In this document: positions 1 through 8,944 of the stretch, in pieces
Layout of the letters: every line of letters starts with the position of its first letter
Position numbering within the stretch: position 1 is the first letter of the stretch
Assembly: GCA_963727525.1 (NCBI GenBank)
Contig: CAVSGO010000007.1
Coordinates: 1,824,001 to 1,888,000 of the forward strand
Direction: 5' to 3'
Source of the DNA: an uncultured bacterium
Lineage (GTDB): Bacteria > Krumholzibacteriota > Krumholzibacteriia > LZORAL124-64-63
Length of the DNA stretch: 64,000 nt
Made by a program: the position numbers and the translations under genes
Notes under the pieces: generated by a model
Databases searched by the model: none
What the model saw: the letters and a program-made list of their open reading frames with translations, nothing else
What the model was told of the DNA's origin: nothing

Positions 1-1298
1 CCGTCCTGCGTGCCGTGGCACGACACGGTGCAGCTCTGGCCGTCCGGCACCGTTGTCTGCGCCGTCCACCGCTGGATGTTGTGCGGCGACGTGTAGACCC
101 AGGTGGGACGGTCCAGGTAATTGGTCAGCGTCAGCCCCCAGTCGGCGAACGTATCCGGATCGACCGGCACGTGCCGCACGAGCGCGTAGTCATACCCGGT
201 ACGATACGGGCTGGGGTTGCGCGCGATCTTGAGCTGCAGCACGCTGGGATCGATGTCCGACTTCAGCACGCCCTCGTCGCCGAGGTTGTGGCAGTTCGTG
301 CAGTTCTTGTAGGGCTGCGAGTGACAGACCTGGCACTGCAAGCTCTTCCCCGGGCTGTTCACGTGTATCGAGTGGTAGGTGTTCGACGGCAGGGTGCCGT
401 GGCAGCTCGCGTCCTCGCAACGCGGCATCGTGGCCACCTCGTAGCGGGCCACGTAGTGCGCACCGGTGTGCTGGTTGTCGCCGTGGATCTCTTCCTTGGT
501 GTGGCAACCCTGGCACTGCATGCCGTTGGTGCGGTGAACGTCGGCCACGTTGCCCGCCAGCTCGCCCTTGAAGTCGGCGCCGATGCGGCTGCCGTGACAG
601 GCGGTGCACTGCTCGTTCATGTCGGGCGTGGCCCGGAAACGGTGCGAGTAGTACGAGCCGATCTTCGGGAAGCCGCCGCCCACGCTGGCGGGTCGGCTGA
701 TATGGCACTGGCCGCAGGTCGTGTGGCAACCGCCGCAACGTACCTCGTAGGCACCCTCGAAAGCCGAACCCTCGAAGGTGCAGCCGCAGCGCGCGGAGAT
801 GGTGGCTTTCTCGCCCCACAGGTTGGTGTGCAGGCTGTTGGCGTTGGCCGCCGCTTCGGTGGCATGGCAGCCATCGCAGGCGCCGGTGGCGCTCGGATCG
901 GATGTCAATCCCACGTGCGCCTCGGCCATCGTCGTGAACGTGCTGTCGGCCGCGCCGCCGTGGCAATCCTGGCAAGCGATCTGTCCGTGCACGCTGGAGA
1001 GGAACTGGTTTCCGTTGCTGCCGGTGATGATGACCTTTTCCCAAGCTTCCAGCTCGGGCACCTCGCCACCTCAGCCATCGTCCTTGTTGTAATCCGTATG
1101 CGCGACCTTGGTCGTAACACCGAGCGCGTCCTTGAGCATGGTCTCGTTCGCGTGGCAGCCGAGACAGGTCTTGTCCGTGGTCGTGTCGCCGCCGCCGCCA
1201 CCGGGATCGGTGGGGCCGCCGTCGTCGCTGCCGCCGCAGCCCCAGACCGCTACCAGAAGCAGCGCCGGCAAGAGTCTGCGAATGCCGTGTATCTTCAT
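1..1298 (-). CDS. Selenocysteine-containing multiheme c-type cytochrome lipoprotein (3' end beyond window)
   Basis: Manual translation from ATG 1298 (GGAG RBS): lipobox VWGC, then CLGCH, then in-frame TGA at 1073-1071 in DDG-U-GGEVPELEAWEKV. The frame stays open to base 1 with CQDCH, CDGCH, CGGCH, CGQCH, CTACH, CQGCH, CEDASCH, CQVCH, CTNCH and CTVSCH. A SECIS-like hairpin follows the TGA. Confidence 0.85.
1040..1058 (-). promoter_or_regulatory. Putative bacterial SECIS element
   Basis: CCCGAGC-UGGAA-GCUUGGG stem-loop starting 12 nt 3' of the in-frame UGA, with G in the apical loop. Confidence 0.7.
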
Positions 1299-1317
1299 GG
1301 CCACTCCCATGGTTGCG

Positions 1318-1938
1318 CTACGGCGTTTCCACCGCAGCATCCGTACGTAATCCGCGAGCAAAGATCGGAACCGTATTGCAATAGACGTCGCGCGCGACGA
1401 ACTCCGGGCAGCTCATCACGCGCTCCCAGACGCCGAAATTCAGCGCGCAGTCCATGGCCATACCCACGAAGCAGCGGCTGGTGATGAAGGGTTCGATCGG
1501 ACGCACCTCGCCGCTGGCGATGCGCGCGTTGAGTTCTTCCGTGAGGAACCGGACGTAGGGCAGACGCACTTCCTTGAAAAGCACGTGCGCGACGTCGCCG
1601 CTCTCGAAGCTGTTGTTGACCATCAACCGCATGAGCGTGGAATCATCGAGAGTGATGGCGAGGATGTGCGCCGAGACCGCCTCGAGAAGCTGCTCCAGGC
1701 TGCCTTGACCCCGGCGTTGCGCGAGATAGCCAGCGATCTCGTGTTGCGCGGCCTTCTGCCGGATGACTGCCTCGTAGAGCGCGAGTTTGCTTGCAAAGTG
1801 ACGATAGATGGCGCCTTCCGTGATCCCGCACGCCGTGGCGACGGCGCGTACCGCCGTGCCGGCGAAACCGTGCTTCGCGAAGAGTTCGGTCGCGACCTCG
1901 AGGATCTGCTGCTTCCGATTGCCTGTGGCCTGTGGCAT
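1318..1938 (-). CDS. TetR/AcrR family transcriptional regulator
   Basis: N-terminal HTH ILEVATELFAKHGFAGTAVRAVATACGITEGAIYRHF; ends 19 bp upstream of the cytochrome start. Confidence 0.93.
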   Translation of the reverse strand: MPQATGNRKQQILEVATELFAKHGFAGTAVRAVATACGITEGAIYRHFASKLALYEAVIRQKAAQHEIAGYLAQRRGQGSLEQLLEAVSAHILAITLDDSTLMRLMVNNSFESGDVAHVLFKEVRLPYVRFLTEELNARIASGEVRPIEPFITSRCFVGMAMDCALNFGVWERVMSCPEFVARDVYCNTVPIFARGLRTDAAVETP

Positions 1939-1962
1939 TGACACGTCCCGCTGGGTTCCCCG

Positions 1963-2015
1963 GAGTCAGTGAACGTTTACCAACTCGACGGTAATGGCTG
2001 TGAATGTATTGTCAA
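1963..2015 (-). promoter_or_regulatory. Sigma70-type promoter with adjacent imperfect palindrome (candidate TetR operator)
   Basis: Minus-strand TTGACA (2015-2010), 16 nt, TACCGT. The palindrome GAGTCAGTGAACGTTTACCAACTC (1963-1986, 18/24 self-complementary) lies just downstream. Confidence 0.55.
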
Positions 2016-2270
2016 GAACAGATCCCATGTTAACAATCCAGGATCACAACAATCGCGCTTTGTGGGCCAATATCTAGCGGTTTTCAGAAACAATCGAGGT
2101 GTCTTGAAGCAAATATCGGGCTAGACAGGGATGAATATGTTTATCAAATAACATATCATACCGTTTAAGTATGCGTCCGCCGCCTCGATCGAAATCCGGC
2201 GAGGATCCACCGTGGGCAGGAAGCGGTGGTGGCGCTATCATCCCGAAAACCGACAGCCAGCGAGGTGAGC

Positions 2271-2834
2271 ATGTCTGATCTCTACCATCGCGACCACGCC
2301 CTCACGCTCCTGCACGAGTTCACGCACGGCGAGGCCCTGCGCCGCCATGCCTACGCCGTGGAAGCCGCCATGCGCGCGGCCGCCCGGCGCACCGATCAGG
2401 ACGAGGATTACTGGGGCGCCGTGGGCCTGCTGCACGACTTCGATTACGAGATGTATCCCGAGCCGCCGGACCATCCGCTGAAGGGGGCGGACATTCTGCG
2501 CGAGCGGGGCTACCCGGAGACGTTCGTGCGCACCATCCTCGCCCACGCCAGCTACACCGGCATACCGCGCGACAACGAATGCGCGCGCTGGCTCTTCGCG
2601 GTGGACGAGCTGTGCGGCTTCTGCATGGCCTGCGCCATGGTGCAGCCGGATCGCCTCATCGCGCAGGTCAAGCCGTCTTCAGTGCGCAAGAAGCTCAAGA
2701 AGAAGGACTTTGCCGCCAAGGTGAATCGCGAGGAGATCGCCGAGGGCGCGGCCGACCTCGGCCTCACGGTGGACGAGACGATCGTCCACGTGCTCGAGGC
2801 GCTGGTGCCCATCGGCAACACTCTTGGCCTGTGA
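2271..2834 (+). CDS. HDIG/HD-domain metal-dependent phosphohydrolase
   Basis: Motifs RHAYAVEAAM, GLLHDFDYE, ILAH and AVDELCGF; GAGG RBS. Confidence 0.88.
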   Translation: MSDLYHRDHALTLLHEFTHGEALRRHAYAVEAAMRAAARRTDQDEDYWGAVGLLHDFDYEMYPEPPDHPLKGADILRERGYPETFVRTILAHASYTGIPRDNECARWLFAVDELCGFCMACAMVQPDRLIAQVKPSSVRKKLKKKDFAAKVNREEIAEGAADLGLTVDETIVHVLEALVPIGNTLGL

Positions 2835-2859
2835 GGCGGGCCGCGGCCATGGTGAACTC

Positions 2860-4059
2860 ATGACGCCATCGATTCCCACCGTCACCGTCACGGTGGACGC
2901 GCTGCGCGACCGCCTCGCCGCGCTCTGCCCCGACCAGGCCATCGATCTCGCCGGCGCGGTGCCGCTGCCGGTCGCTCTGCCGCACCGCGAAGCCTGGCTC
3001 GACTGGGTGGCCAGTGGGCGTCACGCTGGCCTGGAGTACCTGGCGCGCGACCCCGAGGGGCGCGCCGATCCCACGCGCCGCGACCCCTGGGCCCGCGCGC
3101 TGCTCGTCTTCGCCCAGCGTTACACCGACGGCTGGCCGGCCGACGACCCCTCCGCGCGTGAAGGAATCACGGCCGGCGGGACGTGGATCGACGGTGTCGC
3201 ACGTTACGCGCGCGGCGACGACTACCACGAGGTTCTGCACGACGCCATCGCCGCGGTGCTGAGGGGACTGGCGGACACGTGGCCCGGTCTGCGCGCGCAC
3301 CCGGCCGTGGACACCGGTCCTTATCTCGAACGCGAGTACGCGCTGCTGGCCGGTCTCGGCTTCGTCGGCAAGAACACTTGCCTCATCCACGAGCGCCTGG
3401 GTTCCGGCCTGTTCCTGGGCACGGCGCTCACGAATCTCGCGATCACGGGCCTGCCCGCCGCTGATCCGGGACGCGCCGAACCCCTCTACGCCACGGCCCC
3501 GCGTCCCCATCGCGCCCGGATCGGTCCGGCCGCCGCGAGCCGTTGCGGTTCATGCACGCGCTGCCTGGAGGCCTGCCCCACCGGCGCGCTCGTCGCCCCC
3601 TACGTGATGGACGCCAACCTCTGTCTCGCCACCTGGACCATCGAGTGGAAGGGGCACGCGCCGGCCGCCGCGCGCCACCGCCAGGGGGGCATCGTCTTCG
3701 GTTGCGACATCTGCCAGGCCGTGTGCCCCTGGAACGTGCGCGCCGCGCGCCGGGCCGCCGACGGCGAGACGGAGGTGCCGCCGCCTCCACCGGCCTACGC
3801 CACCCGCGCGGACCACGCCGAGATCGCCCTCGCCGACCTGATCGTGCTCGGCCGCGATGCCTTCCGCCAGCGCTTCCGCGCCACCGCGATCTGGCGTTGC
3901 CATCCCGAGGGCCTGCGCCGCAACGTGATGGTAGCGGTGGCGAATGCCAGGCGCCGCGATCTGCGCCTCGCCCTTGGCGCGGCTGCTCAGGAAGACCCTG
4001 ACCCGGAAGCCCGGCAGGTGGCCACCTGGGCCACGGACCAGCTTGGCGAGGAGGCCTGA
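2860..4059 (+). CDS. queG: Epoxyqueuosine reductase
   Basis: YARGDDYH, VDTGPYLERE, GFVGKN, CGSCTRCLEACPTGA and FGCDICQAVCPWN. Confidence 0.92.
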   Translation: MTPSIPTVTVTVDALRDRLAALCPDQAIDLAGAVPLPVALPHREAWLDWVASGRHAGLEYLARDPEGRADPTRRDPWARALLVFAQRYTDGWPADDPSAREGITAGGTWIDGVARYARGDDYHEVLHDAIAAVLRGLADTWPGLRAHPAVDTGPYLEREYALLAGLGFVGKNTCLIHERLGSGLFLGTALTNLAITGLPAADPGRAEPLYATAPRPHRARIGPAAASRCGSCTRCLEACPTGALVAPYVMDANLCLATWTIEWKGHAPAAARHRQGGIVFGCDICQAVCPWNVRAARRAADGETEVPPPPPAYATRADHAEIALADLIVLGRDAFRQRFRATAIWRCHPEGLRRNVMVAVANARRRDLRLALGAAAQEDPDPEARQVATWATDQLGEEA

Positions 4060-5048
4060 TGGACGCGCAGTGGTGGCAACCCCTGGATGGCGACCGCGTG
4101 GCCTGCGCACTCTGCCCCATCGGCTGCCGGCTGCGCCCTGGACAGGACGGCCCCTGTGGCACGCGCGGCAACCGGCGCGGCCGCATGGCCACGCTCCACT
4201 ACGGCAAGGTCGTCGCCCTCGGTGTCGACCCCATCGAGAAGAAGCCGCTCTACCACTTCCTGCCGGGCAGCCTCGTCCTTTCGGTCGCGGCGCCCGGCTG
4301 CAACATGCACTGCTTGTTCTGCCAGAACTGGGGCATCAGCCAGAAGCACGACGCGGCCACGCGCGACATGTCGCCGCAGCACGTCGTCGACCAGGCCGTG
4401 CGCGCGGGATCGCGTTCGGTGGCCTTCACGTACAGCGAGCCTCTGGTGTGGTACGAGTTCGTGTGCGACACGGCGCAACTCGCCCGCGATGCCGGCCTGC
4501 GCACCGTGATCGTGTCGAACGGATTCCTCAATCGCGAGCCGCTCGCCGCGCTCATCCCGTACATCGACGCCGCCAACATCGACCTCAAGTCGATGGACGA
4601 TGGGTTCTACCGCAAGGTCTGCAAGGCACGCCTGCAGCCGGTGCTCGATACGATCACCGACCTCCACGCGGCCGGCGTCCATCTCGAGATCACGAACCTC
4701 GTGATCCCGGGCCAGAACGACAGCGATGCGGCCATCGCCGCCCTCGCCGACTTCGTCGGCGGCTTGAGCCGTACCATCCCGCTGCATCTTTCGGCCTACC
4801 ACCCGAGCTATCGCTTCGACGCGCCGGCCACGCCGCCGGCCACACTGGCGCACGCCGCCGCTGTTTGCGCGCAGCAGGTCGATCACGTCTACGTGGGCAA
4901 CTGCGATCTGCCGGAGTGGAACGATACCCTATGCCCCCAGTGCGGCGCCACGGTGATCGCGCGCGTGGGGTACCATACGCAGAATCGCCTCACAGCCGAC
5001 GGCCAATGTCCGCGTTGCCGGCACCTCATCGCCTGCGTCGTGACCTGA
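4059..5048 (+). CDS. amrS: AmmeMemoRadiSam system radical SAM enzyme
   Basis: N-terminal CALCPIGC, DPIEKKPLYHFLPG, CNMHCLFCQNW, and C-terminal CPQC/CPRC. Confidence 0.9.
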   Translation: MDAQWWQPLDGDRVACALCPIGCRLRPGQDGPCGTRGNRRGRMATLHYGKVVALGVDPIEKKPLYHFLPGSLVLSVAAPGCNMHCLFCQNWGISQKHDAATRDMSPQHVVDQAVRAGSRSVAFTYSEPLVWYEFVCDTAQLARDAGLRTVIVSNGFLNREPLAALIPYIDAANIDLKSMDDGFYRKVCKARLQPVLDTITDLHAAGVHLEITNLVIPGQNDSDAAIAALADFVGGLSRTIPLHLSAYHPSYRFDAPATPPATLAHAAAVCAQQVDHVYVGNCDLPEWNDTLCPQCGATVIARVGYHTQNRLTADGQCPRCRHLIACVVT

Positions 5049-5056
5049 CGATCGCG

Positions 5057-5413
5057 TCAGGCTTGCGGGTAGGTGCAGGTGACGCGGGTCGTGATGCCCC
5101 CGCGTACGAACCAGTCGCCGGTGACGACCAGGCGGCGCGGCTGCGTGACCGCCACGATGTCGTCGAGGATCTGGTTGGTCACCTTCTCGTGGAATGCCCC
5201 TTCGTCGCGATAGCTCCACAGATACAGCTTCAGCGACTTCAGTTCCACGCACCGCGCGTCCGGCATGTAGGTGATACGGAAATGGGCGAAGTCCGGCTGC
5301 CCCGTCAGCGGGCACAGACAGGTGAACTCGGGACAGTCGAAGGCGATCTCGTAGTCGCGGTCAGGCGCCGGGTTGGAAAACGTCTCCAGCGTGCGCGACG
5401 GCTGCGTGGGCAT
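5057..5413 (-). CDS. queF: NADPH-dependent 7-cyano-7-deazaguanine (preQ0) reductase, type I
   Basis: [25 protein letters not shown] and FHE motifs; GAGGAGG RBS. Confidence 0.95.
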   Translation of the reverse strand: MPTQPSRTLETFSNPAPDRDYEIAFDCPEFTCLCPLTGQPDFAHFRITYMPDARCVELKSLKLYLWSYRDEGAFHEKVTNQILDDIVAVTQPRRLVVTGDWFVRGGITTRVTCTYPQA

Positions 5414-5548
5414 CGGCAAACCTCCTCGGGGTGACAGCCAAGGTAGGGCGCCGCAGAGGCCGTGGCCAGGGGGAGACGCCGGCGCCATGCAGGCGGCCCC
5501 CGGTCGCGAAGACCAGGGGCCGCAGGTGCCGGTCGGGCGGGGCCGCGC

Positions 5549-6739
5549 TCAGCGCAGGCGCTTGCCCGGCAGCTTCTGGGGATACATGGGTTCGTCGTGG
5601 CATCCCTGACAATCGGGTTTGCGCGCGAAGTCGCGGTCATGATGGCAGTCGCCGCAGCTCACCTCCTGGTGGATCTCGTCGAGTTCCACACCGGTAACGC
5701 TGTGGTTGAACGCCCCCTCTTCCCAGTGGATGTGGCAGTTCGTGCAGCGAGGCGACGGCGTACGGAACGCCTTCGGCTCGCCGTGGCAGGTATTGCAGGC
5801 CACCTTGGCGTGGAAAGGCGTCAGCGAGAATTTCGCCGACTCGGCGTGGTGGAACGCCGGCTCCTCCTGCTGCGAGTGGCAGAAGTCACAGTTGCGCTCG
5901 GCGTGACAGGCTCCACATGTCGTGACGTGGTCGACCTTGCGCACGGGAACGGTGGTGGCCGTACCCTTCAGGTTATCATGGCAACGACTGCAGCTCTCGC
6001 CGCGATGGCAGTCGACGCACTTGAGGCCGAACTTCTCCACGTGATCGTTGTGATGGAAGGTCACCACTGGACCCTTGGCGTAGCTCGTCTTGTAGGTGTA
6101 GAACGGCGTCGCCTCGATTTGCGGATGCCGCACGCCCAGAAGATCCGTCTTGTCCGGCTTCGCGGTCACGTGATTCGCTCCCGATTCCGCGTGACAGAAC
6201 TCGCAGGCGTTGTCGTGGCTCCAGTCGAGGTGGCAGTTGATGCACTGCCGGTGATACGCGCCCTTGAGCGATGGCTGCCGGAGGTCCATCGCCGCCGGGG
6301 CCGGATCATGGCAATCGCGACAGGGCGGAATCGTTCCCGATTGCTCCGAGTAATGGTGGCAGTTCTCGCAGCCGCCGGTCATCGCCGACATCTGCGCGTG
6401 CAGGCGATGCGCGAACACGACCGGTTCGTAGAGCTTGGAGAGCTGATCGATCACGACGACCTCCGGCCCCTCTTCCAGCTTGTGCGTGCCCACGAAACTA
6501 TCCTTGTGCCGGGGACAGGTGCCCATGCAGGGATCGTCGGCCGTGGGATTGTCGCACTGGTGGCACTCGGCGCAGGCCAGCGACGTGTTCACGTGTGACG
6601 ACGGAACGGCCTCCCGGGGATGGGCCGGGTCCATCACCTGGCCAGCCGCCGTTGCGGCCAGCACGGTCACGCCGACGGCGACGAGCAGGGACAGGAACCG
6701 GGTGCGGTTCTCGGGGCAGCAAAACTGCACGTCACGCAT
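5549..6739 (-). CDS. Periplasmic multiheme cytochrome c (cytochrome c3/HmcA-like), 13 CXXCH
   Basis: Signal peptide; 13 CXXCH motifs counted; c3-type VVFAHRLH, SLKGAYHRQC and VTFHHNDH motifs. Confidence 0.9.
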   Translation of the reverse strand: MRDVQFCCPENRTRFLSLLVAVGVTVLAATAAGQVMDPAHPREAVPSSHVNTSLACAECHQCDNPTADDPCMGTCPRHKDSFVGTHKLEEGPEVVVIDQLSKLYEPVVFAHRLHAQMSAMTGGCENCHHYSEQSGTIPPCRDCHDPAPAAMDLRQPSLKGAYHRQCINCHLDWSHDNACEFCHAESGANHVTAKPDKTDLLGVRHPQIEATPFYTYKTSYAKGPVVTFHHNDHVEKFGLKCVDCHRGESCSRCHDNLKGTATTVPVRKVDHVTTCGACHAERNCDFCHSQQEEPAFHHAESAKFSLTPFHAKVACNTCHGEPKAFRTPSPRCTNCHIHWEEGAFNHSVTGVELDEIHQEVSCGDCHHDRDFARKPDCQGCHDEPMYPQKLPGKRLR

Positions 6740-8033
6740 GGTCGGCTCCTTCTTCGACTGGCAGCACGGGGAACACGAACACGAACAGCCGGTACAGTAG
6801 TGTCAGCAGGGAGATGAAGCCGACGGTCAGCACGATCTCGGTCCACCGCGGGATGTAGGGGCCGGTGGCGAACGGCGGGTGGTAGGCGATGATGAACACG
6901 TCGAAACGGTTGAGCGCCACGCCGAAGACCACCATGGCCGCCGCCGCGAAGAGCCAGCCGGGATGACGACGCAGGCGGTGGCTCAGGAAGATCGCCCACG
7001 GGATCACGATGCCCACGATCAGCTCGATCCAGTACATCGTGCTCTGCAGCGACCCCTCGAAGAGGTAATGCCAGGCGTTGCGGTTCACGAGGTCGATGAC
7101 CTTGGCCGCGAAGTAGACCGTCAGCAGGAAGGGGATCAGTCTTGCCAGCGGACTGAGCACCTTCATCTCGTAGGGACGTTTCAGCGAGCGCGACGCCAGG
7201 AGCGACTCGAAGACCACCATCGACAGGCCCACGGCGAAGGCCGACAGCAGGAAGAACAGCGAAAGGACCTTGGTGTGCCAGAGCGGATGCAGCTTGGTCG
7301 GCGCGAGCACCATGAGCGTACCCAGCGACGACTGGTGTGCACATGAAAGCACGACACCCATGATCACGAAGAACCCGATGACCTTGCTAAGGGTCTTGTC
7401 GATCAGGCGCAGCAGACCATCGAGAGGACGGTTCAGCACGCGCAGCGCGCCGGGCAGGTTCACCCGGCCGATGAACCGCTCGCAGACGATCGGCAGGAAC
7501 TCGATGTACAGCACTGTGAGATAGCAGCACACGCACATACCGACCTCGAAGAGCGCCGAATTGCCCTGCCACATGGACGGCACGAGCACGTGCCAGATGT
7601 TGTAGTAGCGGCCCAGATCGACCACCACGCCCAGCGCCACGAAGGTGTAGCCGAGCATCGCCGTCAGCAGCGCAGGCCGCACGATCGCCTCGTAACGATC
7701 GTTGTGCAGGATGTGCGCCACGAAGGCGCTCGTGAAGCCGCCGGCCGCGAGGGCCACGCCCGTCGCCACGTCGATTCCGATCCAGATGCCCCAGGGGTAC
7801 TGGTTGTTGAGATTCGTGACGGCGCCGAGACCGGCGAAGAGGCGGTAGATCAGCACGGCGATGCCCGCGGCCGCGAGCACCGCGAGCACCATGACGCCGG
7901 GCGTGAAGAAGGGCACCGCGGAGCGCCCGAACAGGGGTGCGGCGTGTTCGTGGTGCGGAGCGTGTGTCGCCGCACGGGGTGCGACGGCTCCGTCGAGGAC
8001 GGCGGCACCGCCCCGGGACGTGGCGCTAGACAT
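6732..8033 (-). CDS. NrfD/PsrC family integral membrane subunit (HybB/HmcC-like)
   Basis: YPWGIWIGIDVATGVALAAGGF, DLGRYYNIW, SALFEV and HQSSLG. Confidence 0.9.
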   Translation of the reverse strand: MSSATSRGGAAVLDGAVAPRAATHAPHHEHAAPLFGRSAVPFFTPGVMVLAVLAAAGIAVLIYRLFAGLGAVTNLNNQYPWGIWIGIDVATGVALAAGGFTSAFVAHILHNDRYEAIVRPALLTAMLGYTFVALGVVVDLGRYYNIWHVLVPSMWQGNSALFEVGMCVCCYLTVLYIEFLPIVCERFIGRVNLPGALRVLNRPLDGLLRLIDKTLSKVIGFFVIMGVVLSCAHQSSLGTLMVLAPTKLHPLWHTKVLSLFFLLSAFAVGLSMVVFESLLASRSLKRPYEMKVLSPLARLIPFLLTVYFAAKVIDLVNRNAWHYLFEGSLQSTMYWIELIVGIVIPWAIFLSHRLRRHPGWLFAAAAMVVFGVALNRFDVFIIAYHPPFATGPYIPRWTEIVLTVGFISLLTLLYRLFVFVFPVLPVEEGADHA

Positions 8034-8934
8034 CGGAGTCCTCCTTTTCACGGCGCCGGTCACTCGAAGACTTCATCAGGACGGTCAGCAGGCCTAGGAG
8101 CATCAACGGACCGGTGAACCCCTTGAAGATGCCGTGCTGGATCCGCTCGGTCACCTCGTTGGGACTCTCGTCCGATACACCCGGGAAGCCGGCTTCCTGG
8201 AAGTCACGGTCCGCGAGGTAGAGCCAGGAGGTCCCGCCCACCTCGTGCTCGCCGTAGATGTGGGAAACGTAGCGCTCGGGATAGTTGCGCAGGCGCTGAT
8301 TCGCGAGTTCGACCAGCTCATCTCGCCGGCCGAATACCAGTGCCTCGCGCGGACAGATTTCCACGCACGCCGGCAACCCGCCCTCGAGAGTCCTCTCGGC
8401 GCAGAGAGTGCACTTCATCACCTTGGGCGTGAGCGCGTTCTGGAACTCGTACGCGGGGATCTGGAATGGGCAGGCCACCATGCAGTAGCGGCAGCCGATG
8501 CACTTTCCGGCGTCGTACGTCACGGGGCCTCGGTCGTTCTTCTGCAGAGCGCCCACGATGCAGGCCGAAACGCAGGCCGGGTGCTCGCAATGCAGGCAGT
8601 TCACCTTCACGTCCACCTTCTTGGCGTGCGTGGCATCCTCGGGATACCGGTTGACCACCGTGAAGGCCTGGGCGTCGGGGCGCCGCATATGCTGGAATAC
8701 GCCGGTGTCGTCGTACGCCTCGAGGTCGCCATGGGGCAGGCCGTTCTGGCGCGCGCAGGCCCACTCGCAGCGGCGGCAGCCGATGCAGAGCGTGGTATCC
8801 ACGAGCACGCCGAACCGATCGGGCGCAAGCTCGTGGTGCGTGGCCGCGGAGGCCACCGATGCGCTCGTCACGGCGATGGCGGCTGTCCCCGTCGCTGTGC
8901 CGGCGAGCTTGAGGAAATCTCGACGACTGACCAT
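8026..8934 (-). CDS. Tat-exported 4Fe-4S dicluster protein (HybA/HmcB-like)
   Basis: SRRDFLK Tat motif; CIGCRRCEWAC, CLHCEHPACVSAC, CIGCRYCMVACPF, KCTLC...PACVEICP; YGEHEVGGT; C-terminal TM helix. Confidence 0.92.
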   Translation of the reverse strand: MVSRRDFLKLAGTATGTAAIAVTSASVASAATHHELAPDRFGVLVDTTLCIGCRRCEWACARQNGLPHGDLEAYDDTGVFQHMRRPDAQAFTVVNRYPEDATHAKKVDVKVNCLHCEHPACVSACIVGALQKNDRGPVTYDAGKCIGCRYCMVACPFQIPAYEFQNALTPKVMKCTLCAERTLEGGLPACVEICPREALVFGRRDELVELANQRLRNYPERYVSHIYGEHEVGGTSWLYLADRDFQEAGFPGVSDESPNEVTERIQHGIFKGFTGPLMLLGLLTVLMKSSSDRRREKEDSDV

Positions 8935-8944
8935 GCTAGCCTCC

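Noticed and set aside
15-1484. 489-aa plus-strand ORF and the many other long antisense or alternate-frame ORFs in the track
   Set aside because: Shadow ORFs of GC-rich coding sequence; they have no motifs and overlap well-supported genes.
5414-5548. Possible preQ1 riboswitch upstream of queF
   Set aside because: No preQ1 consensus or A-rich tail seen; only a GC-rich terminator-like hairpin after the cytochrome gene.
6732-8934. Calling these genes hydrogenase-2 hybA/hybB
   Set aside because: No NiFe hydrogenase subunits or maturation genes are nearby, so gene symbols were withheld.
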